Assembly: GCF_000485595.1 (NCBI RefSeq)
Contig: NW_014577077.1
Span: forward strand, 998,814 to 1,018,813
Direction: 5' to 3'
Origin: Priapulus caudatus
Lineage: Eukaryota
Length of the DNA stretch: 20,000 nt
A program made the translations under genes and the position numbers. Below the pieces are notes generated by a model that was not told the DNA's origin, ran no database searches, and saw only the letters and a list, made by a program, of their open reading frames with translations. Positions within the stretch are counted from its first letter, which is position 1, and each line of letters begins with the position of its first letter. Shown one piece after another: positions 10,924 through 20,000 of this stretch.

Positions 10924-11343
10924 CTGTACCCCATCAGTCAAGAAATTAATCAGTAATACATCAATCTGACATCATGAGTATCTTGAACTTACTTTGGATG
11001 CATATATATAAATTATAATTCACGATATAATCCCTAGTCATACATGAAGGAGCAGATTTTCTATTACATCATTTAGTGATGAAGTCTTGCTCAAAAAGTT
11101 GAGCAAAACATTGCCCAAAAATATTTTGATGAAAGAACTAGCAGGTCCTAATAGTTTTAAGTTTAGATTGAAGTAGTTTTCATGCTAGTGCTTAAAAAGT
11201 GTAACTCTCTCGCAGTCTGGGCAATCTTCGGATGAAATTCTGGGGCCCAACATTATTTTTATTGACAAATACATGGGCAAAAAAGGCAAGTGTTAATTTT
11301 TAGGACTGGCATACCATATAATAATTACTTTATCTAAGGATAC
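10924..11343 (-). other. U12-type (minor spliceosome) GT-AG intron of NOM1
   Basis: 5' end GTATCCTTAG matches the U12 consensus RTATCCTT. Branch-site-like TTTCTTGAC at 10945-10937 lies 13 nt before the exon, and there is no polypyrimidine tract (tgatggggtacag). Confidence 0.85.
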
Positions 11344-11473
11344 AATCAAGGCCATCGTTAATAAATGATGCTGGCAGCTTCTTCCGCTTCATCTTTAGAC
11401 TTTTTTCGAGCTGCCGAATCACTTTGTCTTCTTGCTTGTTGATGAGTAAAAGATCCTGCTTCCTGTTATCAGC
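11344..11473 (-). CDS. NOM1: NOM1-like exon (ADNRKQDLLLINKQEDKVIRQLEKSLKMKRKKLPASFINDGLD)
   Basis: Acceptor tttatttatccag|GCT, donor T|gtatcctt; 130 nt. Matches the recalled NOM1 motif LLxANEEEDxEIRxLExxL...SFxxDGLDY. Confidence 0.9.
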
Positions 11474-12148
11474 CTGGATAAATAAAGAAATATTTTCGTT
11501 ACAGGGGTGGATGATGAGAAAGTCATGAAAGTTAATGAAGACATGAAACAATTGGGTGCCTGCCCACACAACAATCAATACAGCAGCTCACCACTCTATA
11601 TGCCAATATCAGCAGTTAGTGCATTACATGCTGGCTATGTAAAACACCCACTGTTGATTATAATTGTTTGCAGGGCGCGACAAACCCGCTTGCCCGATGG
11701 CCTGGGGCAACCAAAATATGCCCCCGGGCAAGTAGCTTGAAATTGCACTGGCCCATTCGGGCAACAAGTTTTTTTATTGAATGTCTAGACAGTAGACTAA
11801 TGATATTTTTCTGTTTCCACCTGTCCCTTGCATTGTTTTGCACAGAAGCTGCGTTGCTGCGACGAGATTTCAATGAAAAAAAAACACAATGCGAATGGAA
11901 CAATCAGTGCATACAGTTATCTATAACTATATATCCCCTTGGGTTTGGGTTACATTATTGTATCTAACGCAATATTAATATGCAAACAGCAACATGTAAA
12001 CCCGGCCCCCAGGCCAGGCATTGTCGTTACGTGATCAGCTACATCAAATGTTTGCCCCTCTACTGCAGCCTGTGAACGAGGATTTTCTTTGCTGAAGTAC
12101 ACAAAAACAGATATATACACTGTATACTGCGCTGTCAGTCTATTATTA

Positions 12149-12598
12149 GGCGCGTTCACACTGGCGCGAATAAGCGGGATGCAAATCCCGGTTTTTCAAT
12201 CGCGATCGAAATACCGAGATTATTACAAGTGTGAACACAATAATACCCACTAATAATCGCGATCAGCATCGCGCTCCAAATCGCACTTTTGACTACGATT
12301 ATTTGGAATAAGCGCGATTATTTTCGTGTGTGAACGCTCGCTTTGGAATAAGCACGATTATTTGCGTGTGTGAACGCTCGCGCAAATAATCCCGGTATTT
12401 TCTATCCCATCATTCCAAGCGAGTGAGCAGCGAGCATGCGCAGTGAGCATCATTCCGGCAGTGAGCATGCGCAGTTCTATTAATAGAATTATCCCGCTCG
12501 GCGATTAGCGCGATTATTCGCCTGTGTGAACAACGACACATTTATCCCGGTATTTCATAGCGATTAGCATCCCGGTTTTTCTTGTGTGTGAACGCGCC
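12149..12598. mobile_element. MITE with GGCGCGTTCACAC TIRs (PIF/Harbinger- or ISL2EU-like), nested in the 2.4-kb element
   Basis: Perfect 13-bp TIR GGCGCGTTCACAC/GTGTGAACGCGCC. Flanks can be read as a TA or ATT duplication. Internal GTGTGAAC and ATCCCGGT repeats and a ~40-bp tandem duplication at about 12302-12381. Confidence 0.8.
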
Positions 12599-13132
12599 TA
12601 TTATTGCATGCATGCACCACTAATCTCTGCGTGATCCAGACCTAAATAAAATTGAACATATTTTATTAATTTATTGTGAGAGTGGTGGGTTTTTGATAAT
12701 AAACTGACACTTAAAAAAATTAAAAAATTAAAACACTGCGAGCTGTGTCATAGCATGAATATATTTTGTTATAATATAATATATCATACAATATGGCTTG
12801 CGTATGTATGACGTAAAACGCGCGCAATATGGTTTTGATTTCTACGTGCGTGTCGTTCAGGTGCGGCAGCCTACATTTTTCCTTACAATTTTTTTTAATG
12901 AAATATGTGGAGGTCCGTGGTTGTGGTGGCCCCTGGTTGTGGAGGCCCCTGGGCCAGTCCCTCGCCCCTGGCTGGTTGCCAATTGTTCCTGGTTCCTTCT
13001 TTTCTGCATGCTAGAGGCAGCTAGGTTGTCTTCAACAGTTTGATGCAACTAATGCAGTGGCTCGTTGGTTGAGGGATGGCAATCGCCATGTAGCGACAAA
13101 CAAACAAAACTAGTCTCAAGCTGCCATTCTCA

Positions 13133-13695
13133 TCTATACTATAATTTGGCTAATCTTGTGTGTGTGTGTGTGTGTGTGTGTGTTTGTTTGTCCTCGCTTT
13201 TCGCCCTGATTTGTCACTCAATCGCGCTAACTGAAGATATATTCAGAATCACCACGTCTGGGAGATGGTTCTGGCTGAGAACAAAATTTAAAAAAGTTTA
13301 AGTATTAAGTATTAAGTCAAAAATTCAAAAAAATGCTATTCGTCAATAGATGGCAGTGCGTACAGCAGATCCACATCACATACGTAGGGGCCGCCGTATG
13401 AGCATATTCAGAATCACCACGTCTGGGAGATGGTTCTGGCTCAAACAAAAATAGATGGTGCTACGTCTCAGATTCCCCCCCCCCCCCTACTGCAGATTCC
13501 CCCTGCTCACTCTGCTTTGACGTACACCGTACTGACACAGTAGTCAGTGGCCAGTAGCTGTGCCAGTGTTCTGTTGTACCCAGTGCAGTGTTTTCTTTTC
13601 AGTTACATGAAATATTTAACTTTATCTGTGTCACTTACATGGAGTTTATATTTAAAGACAACATTTGCTGGTTCTACGGGTATACTTTCTGCTAG
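13133..13695 (+). mobile_element. Probable non-autonomous Helitron-type element nested in the 2.4-kb element
   Basis: Starts A^TCTATACTATAAT followed by (TG)13 and TTTG repeats; ends ACGGG-tatactttctg-CTAG^T; no TSD. The 3' hairpin is degenerate. Confidence 0.45.
13157..13182. repeat. (TG)13 microsatellite
   Basis: Read directly from the sequence. Confidence 0.95.
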
Positions 13696-14261
13696 TAATG
13701 CATAAAGCACTCATGCAGGCCTGCACTCATGGCTCTCATCTAAAGTGTACCATTTGGCATTTCTTTTTTATGCTGTGATGTTGAGTAGAGTGAGGTGATG
13801 TTTGTATTGACATAGTACTACATGCTATATATGGCCTTTTCAGGCTTTTCATTGCCTTTGTCTTTCAGCAATATTTTTTTTACTAAAGTGTTTATACCTG
13901 TTTGGTGCTATATAAAGGGAATCAAGTTTTGTGTGCTGTTTCTTGTATCGTGACTACCTTTGAACCGGGCTCTTGAAACCATTTAAATTCATAATAGAAA
14001 AAATCGTATGTATTTCTTTGTTTTTCGGGGAAGTGACTTTTGCCTTCGGGCAACCAGTTTCATAACCCACTTGCCCGACCGGGCAAGTGGGGAAATTTTT
14101 TTTTGTAGCACCCTGTTGTTTGGATATTGCACTTTTTGCTGTGTGTCTGCCAAATTTTCTGGGACATTATGCTGAAAATATATAGTAATTCTGCAAAGCC
14201 ATGCTCTGGAACAAACTGCATGGTATAGAGCAGAATTTCCAGAGACTGACATATGGATGTA

Positions 14262-14440
14262 CCGTATATGATCACGTAATAACCGCAAATTTGGCCTCAG
14301 ATTTCAACCCTGTATTTGCTCTGCGGTTTATAAGTGCGCCATACCGTGAGGGGAAATGAACTAGGCGCAATACTTGGTTACCCGATTCAAATTGAGGTGC
14401 GACTTATAGGCGCCAGCGGTTATTACGCGATCATATACGG
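14262..14440. mobile_element. Tc1/mariner-superfamily (Tc2/pogo-like) MITE
   Basis: 25-bp TIR CCGTATATGATCACGTAATAACCGC with one mismatch at the other end; TA TSD at 14260-14261 and 14441-14442; internal GCGGTTTATA and GCGACTTATA motifs. Confidence 0.85.
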
Positions 14441-14585
14441 TACTCGTGCATTTGTCAAAACAGAGGTCCAATAATAAATCAGTATTTGACTATAGACTTG
14501 CGCTAGTTTCAAACTATCATAATATATTTGTACTTCATTTCTTTTAACAGCTATAGTTGCATCTAAAACTTACTAAGATACGCAC

Positions 14586-14720
14586 CTCAACATTGACCTC
14601 CTTCTGCTTCTCCTTTTTGTTATTCTTTATACGCTTCTTCTTCTCTCTCTTCTTTTGCTTTCGGGTCTCTAGCTTTTCTTTGATAAGTGCTTCCTTTTCT
14701 TCTTTCAATTTGCTTGGCAT
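14586..14720 (-). CDS. NOM1: NOM1-like gene, most 5' identified coding exon (Lys/Glu-rich: MPSKLKEEKEALIKEKLETRKQKKREKKKRIKNNKKEKQKEVNVE)
   Basis: Acceptor tatttttcag|ATG and donor GAG|gtgcgt; 135 nt, phase 0/0, in frame with the next exon. Basic composition fits a NOM1 N-terminus. The ATG may be the start codon or an internal Met. Confidence 0.75.
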
Positions 14721-14897
14721 CTGAAAAATATCAGGATTTGTATCATATGTATTATCTTGTTTGTGTCATGAATAGTTTAATTTCTTCTCTTGTGTGTAGT
14801 AATATGGTGGTGTCATCACTGAGTGATGAAAACCTCATCAGTGATCAGCATTTAAATGCTGTTAGAGATCTGGATCTGGATCTGGATAGTTTATTAC

Positions 14898-15321
14898 CAG
14901 GGTTCTCCCTACGTTGCGCAAACGGGGCGCGTTTGGGAAAACTCCCCCCTGTTTCAATTGTTGCGCCCTGTTTAAAATACCTCCGCCCCGATTAAATTCC
15001 ACCACAATAAAAGTTTGCCAGCGAGGGAATCGATCGTCAAGAATTCCCATTCGACCAAGACAACCGGCATGTGTATTTTTACCGTGCCACGCATGCACTG
15101 CAGACAATACACAAGTACAAACAGTCAACCTGTCCCACACCCAACACTAACTGTACACAGACTCGGCTATCTTATATATACAAGAACCCCAAATACCGTC
15201 TATGGTGTGGTGACGATTTTACGCATTAATTAGTGGTACGGTAAAAAAACACGCCCCCCGGACCGCCCTAGTTTCCCCCCTCCCTTCCCCCCGTTTGAAT
15301 TTCATCCTGGGGAGAACCCTG
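14898..15321. mobile_element. hAT-like MITE
   Basis: Perfect 12-bp TIR CAGGGTTCTCCC/GGGAGAACCCTG; subterminal CGCCC/CCCCCC motifs; flanks ATTAC/ACTAC, with no clean 8-bp TSD. Confidence 0.7.
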
Positions 15322-16929
15322 ACTACGTAGCCCACTGTTACGTGGATAATAACGCAAGGATCGACATTTGTTAAGGAATAAACGTCCAGGGATATAGCTA
15401 GCCATGGGGTGTGACTAGCTAGCTTGGGTAAAGATAGGTAGTTGGCCTTTTTAGCCGATGCAGGTAGTGTGTTATATATAGCCACCTCAAGAGGCCTCCA
15501 ACATCTACGTATAGGCATTTTTCAGATCTTCAAATTAATCCAATGCGCAATGTATATCATGCGCAATGTGGCCATATGGGTTCAAGAATAGAGAACATGC
15601 ATGGGTCCCAATCAAACCAATTCGGTTGGCGCGGAGCGTACAAGAAAATTTTTGGTTTTACAAACCCCCCAGATGGCCGGAAACGGCCCTTCCCGAGTGT
15701 TCATTCTGGTTCCCTGACCTCTTGCCTAACTTGAGAACACCTTATTAATATCACTTTTAACCCAATAAACACAAACGAGTTAATAAATAGTGTTAGCGAA
15801 GGCGAGTTAAAATGTTAACAAAACTGAACGAAGATCGGATCTAGTCTTGGTTTTCGCGCGGTAGGTGTTGAATAAACGGCACGCGATAGAATGACAGCCG
15901 TAGACGATCTGCAGCCGGATATCGCGCGAACGCCGCGCAAATCTCCGCCCCTTATTGCCAATTTACGCTGCCTCTGCCAACGCCAGCTACTCAGGCTCTT
16001 TCTAGAGAGGTGAAAGCCGGCTTTTCGCTGATGAGGCGAGTTTCTGCCCATCTCGCAGAGGAGTCGCAGCAACCCAGTTAAGGTAGACGACTGGCTAGAA
16101 TGCTCCTCAATTTTCTTGTCAGACACTTACGCGCCCCCTCGGCCTTCTCTTTGCCTGTAATAACAGGGGCAGATTTTTTGTTCAACATTGTAACAATATA
16201 TAGCGCTGATCGGCTAGCGTTGAGCTGGCTGAGGTTAGAGATCCGATTATAGGAAACAATTACACATGCGTTCGCGCCTATTCGTGAATAATCAGTTTAC
16301 AGTTAGTTTCATTGTCCACTCTTATCTGCTATTGTACATCTCTGCCATAGTTACACTCCTCATCAAACTAAAGATTTCAACCATGGTGCCCGCAGAAGTC
16401 TGCCTAAACTGTGACAGTGGGAAGCGTTGAACTGTAAGTGTTCCGTAAGAATCACGTGGAAAGTTCCGCGATGTCCGACTCGGACGGCCCAAGGATCAGA
16501 GAACATGAGTCCCATCGAACCAATGCTGCCTCGTACTCGTGATTCTACACAGGCACCATATATATTATGTATCTAACACGAGTCCCCAATGCGAGATCGA
16601 GAATTGTATCTCACTATCGAATATTCTATTATTCAAGTACATGTAAATAATTACTAGAGAGTACTAGCTAGTAATACTAAGAGTACCAGGCGACTACTAC
16701 AAGTATCTAGTACTGATACTAGTGACTACCAGCCAGCTAATATGGACAAACTGTGTTACGGTACAGTAAGTAGTAATATTAATAATGACAGGATCCTGTT
16801 TATCAGTCCGTGTTAAGCCAAATTTTGTTGACACGGGGCCGCTGTGCCAATTAAGCACGCAAAAGTTGGTACAATGGCTCCTTAGATGGAACAAAATCAT
16901 TCTGCAGGTATGTGCCGACCTACGACTTC

Positions 16930-17470
16930 GGTTAGGATTTTTCAAGATGGCGCGCCACCACATTATCAACAAATCCCTTATGTACTATAATGGAAACTAA
17001 AGCATATACAAAGACGAAACCAGTGTCTAACCCACTATTTCAGGGTCAACGAATGTGATGCATAGGCTACTTTTATAGCGGGTCGATGTCATATTTGGCC
17101 ATATTGCCAATTGCGCAAATACAAAATCAATGTCTCCGCCATTATAAAAATATAACCGTTTTCACAATAACTTAAAACAAAAGAGTTAGAGACGAGCAAC
17201 GAGTGTCCATATCCAAACTATTGCAATGGTCAGCAATGTGATTTAACTGTTTTAGGATGACAAGTCCACTATGTGGCCATACTTGCGCCATATTGCAAAA
17301 TGGATGCTGCCTCGCATTATCAAAAGTGACCGTTTACAATTGAGATTCAACGCTCACAGATTTGTAGAGGGCAGTAATGTCTACATCCCCTATCCTATTG
17401 AGTCTCACGCTGGAATGAAACTAGTTTATAGCGGACTTGATGATATATTTGGCCATATTTGTCCATATAT
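16930..17470. repeat. Degenerate tandem repeat, ~177-bp period, about 3 copies
   Basis: Anchors recur at regular spacing: CATTAT at 16961/17140/17315, TGTCYA at about 17024/17204/17378, TGGCCATA at 17096/17274/17450. Confidence 0.65.
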
Positions 17471-19040
17471 GACCATTTTCACATTCGACATGGCGTTTGC
17501 GGACATAACGCAAGATCTACGAAAGATTCACGACCAGCAATCGACGGAAGAAACTGGAGAAGAAGCAGATTGAGAGAGCAATAAAAGGAGAGCGGCAGAG
17601 AAGCAAGAGAGACAGAACGAAGAGCAGAGATAGGGGATACGGACGGACAAGCATTGAAATGCCGAGATTGCAGGAGCAGACAGAGCACCGAAAGCCAGAG
17701 ACGAAGCTGGAAGAAAGAAAGAGAAGATATATACGCCGTGGTAGTGTGCTGCAGTTTTCCTAGTAAGAGTTGTTCCGCTTGGGCTAAGCGCGTTACGCTG
17801 TCGCCTGAGTAAGTATACTGACAGATATTGCCTGGACAGTTTGTGCCACAATAGAGCCGTTATGACGGGATAGGAGTCTACGAGAGCCTTACACGGCAGG
17901 ATACGATACCGTGGCGGACGCGTGTGATAAAGGGCGATAGAGAGCCCTACGCGAACGTATCAGTGCGTTCCCACCCCGTTTAACCGCAGTGGAAACGAGG
18001 TTAGAATACGCGGCTAAAGTTATGTCTCTGTAAAAGAGCAACGTCGCGTATACCGGTCCGCAGAGAAGGAGCTCCCGGGATTTTTGTCACACGCCTATAC
18101 GCTGGGAATCCTTCACCATACGGTGATCAGGGAACAGCGCGAATATCGTACGCTAAAGTGTAAGCACCCTAAGATAACTGTACGTAAGTAACCGTAAGAT
18201 AAAGAGGCCACAGTAGGATAACCGTAGATATATATTAGTTACGCACAGGTGTATATAGTGTATACTATGGAGGGGTGGCGATGGCGGTAATGGCAAGCAC
18301 AATGATAATGGTGGGGAAAGATGTGACGCTGATACGGCAGAGTATATTTAGTAAGAACACGGCAGTATATAATGCTACTTTGCGGGAAACGGAAATACTT
18401 AAAATGTGTATGTGAATCAAATCTGTGTGTCGGCATTTCTTTCGTAATTAAGTGAAAACGTTAGTTTAAACGTTAATACTCGAGGGTTTTTCCTGTATAC
18501 ACCATGGCCACGCCATGCCACCATACGTTTTTTTTTATCCTGCATAGTGTTTTAGCTTCAAAAGTGCATGTTATTTATGTCGATGGGTATATACTTGCGG
18601 AGGCGAGATAAACTGTTGAATCAAGGAACGCCAGACACCAGTTAATTGTTTGGTCGCACGGCTTCATTACTGACATTGTATGTATGTATGTGTCTATGTA
18701 CTGTAGGTTTATGTGTTGTTTGCATTGAACGCGTATTTTGTTGCATGATATATATTGCTTGTGGACGCGTTTGTGTGTGTGTGTGTAGGAAATCAGTTTC
18801 TTGAATTTGGCTAACCGTGACGCGTACGTTCACACTATTTGTCAGACGCTGAACACATGTTTTCAATCAGGTGTTGATATAGGCGCTAAAACATGTCCTC
18901 GGACAATATGAAATCAGCTTTTTTGCGTATTTGTGGATTGTACGACTGTATACGAGTGTGTGAGAAGTGAGCAAAGGTTGTTAGCTCCACCTCGGTGCTG
19001 TGCTATTAAGGCCCTGTGTGCCTGGGCTGTGTGCCTGGAT

Positions 19041-19998
19041 TTATGAGGATATTTGCATAATCAGGCTTCTGAATAAGGGAAGCACATCGGTGCTTGAAAC
19101 GTGGTTTCGGTAATGCGTGTTGTAACACGCATTGCCAGTAGTTACAGCCATAAAAATTACGCAGATGTTGAGAATTACATTAGCAGCGATAATCAGAATG
19201 TTCATGCACAAATGTGTTGAGTTCTGATTTTATTGTTGGTCATTTATCGGTTACTTGTTTTCTACGCTTCATATTGACTCCCTTATTGTATTATTCGCGG
19301 TATTTTGGTATTCAATGATGTTGTGTTGTGGGGTATTGGCAAGGCGAGAGCGTGTGTTGTTGTTGTTGTTTCTCCGGTAATATTAGCAATGAACAGTTTA
19401 GATCATGGGGTTAGATTTGAAAGGTCGGGTGCAAGGCATGTGGAGATTATATCAAAAGTGGCCGTGATGATTTTACAAGGGGCTGTGATCCCACTGAGTC
19501 CTGTGTATCTGTGTTGATGTGTATTATTAAGTGGTGTCATATGGATTTTTGTTCACAACTGTAATTTAGGTATATGTGAGTATGGACGGTTAAATTTGGT
19601 GTTCGGTTGAAAGAATATTGTATTGTATAGTAAGGGTACGAGGAATTTTGGGGTAATGTTGTGATTTGTCCTAATAGCCAGATGCAAGAGACAGCGTGTC
19701 TGGCGTGTGTGTCTGCGTGTTGTGTGTGTGTGTGTGTCTGGTTGGTGGTGCTGTGTTTGTGTGTCGTTGGTGTGTGTACGCTAGGGTGGATTAAAGATTT
19801 AGGTGTGTTTAGATTAGCGAGGACCTAAAGTCAATGGCTTATAGAAGCCACAGTCTTCCCGAGGAAAGAGGTATATCTATAAGTATGGTTCTGCAGATGG
19901 TAAAATACGTAGTTGTGGTTAGAAATGTCGCCGACAAGGGGGTTGCATAATGTGGTTGAGTCGGTCGGGTAGTTGTTTATTAGGGTATGGATTGATCG
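19041..19998 (-). pseudogene. Disrupted membrane-anchored glycoprotein-like frame (possible viral/env remnant), running in from the window edge
   Basis: Successive minus-strand segments broken by stops and frameshifts contain 11 N-x-S/T sequons, scattered Cys, and a hydrophobic stretch ILIIAANVILNICVIFMAV followed by a polar tail. Confidence 0.4.
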
Positions 19999-20000
19999 GA

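Larger units (their letters stand above)
11671..14115. mobile_element. 2.4-kb non-autonomous TIR element with 7-bp TSD (P- or hAT-superfamily-like) in a NOM1 intron
   Basis: TIRs CAGGGCGCGACAAA / TTTGTAGCACCCTG (12/14 match); TTGTTTG directly flanks both ends (11664-11670, 14116-14122); clusters of CGGGCAA/TTGCCCG motifs near both ends. Confidence 0.78.

Noticed and set aside
12031..12091. Exon-like segment (ttcag|C AAA GAA AAT CCT...GAT CAC|gtaacg) as an extra NOM1 exon
   Set aside because: Entry phase is incompatible with the phase-0 flanking exons, and it lies inside the 2.4-kb transposon.
12302..12381. Short direct repeats as a CRISPR array
   Set aside because: Eukaryotic intron, two tandem units without unique spacers, inside a MITE; no cas genes.
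15815..16126. 103-aa minus-strand ORF as NOM1 exon 1
   Set aside because: GTG start, no convincing NOM1 similarity, and it ends in a stop rather than a compatible donor.
17740..18240. Possible LTR belonging to the env-like remnant
   Set aside because: No second copy, polypurine tract, primer-binding site or clear TG...CA boundaries found in the window.

Overview
Metazoan (probably marine invertebrate) genomic DNA. It is dominated by one minus-strand spliced gene encoding a NOM1/Sgd1p-like nucleolar MIF4G+MA3 protein. I reconstructed 11 phase-consistent coding exons between 14720 and the stop at 3777 (2631 nt, 876 aa); further 5' exons may be missing. One intron (10924-11343) has clear U12-type (minor spliceosome) signals. 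The introns and 3' flank are packed with non-autonomous DNA transposons, several nested: two same-orientation Helentron-associated (HINE-like) elements, a Kolobok-type TTAA MITE inside one of them, a TA-flanked MITE carrying a second TIR element, a 2.4-kb CAGGG-ended element with a 7-bp TSD carrying a GGC-ended MITE and a probable Helitron-type element, plus Tc2/pogo-like and hAT-like MITEs. The last ~3 kb holds a degenerate ~177-bp tandem repeat and decayed coding-like sequence, including a disrupted, sequon-rich, membrane-anchored glycoprotein-like frame that may be an endogenous viral/env remnant. All family assignments come from sequence inspection and recall, not database searches.
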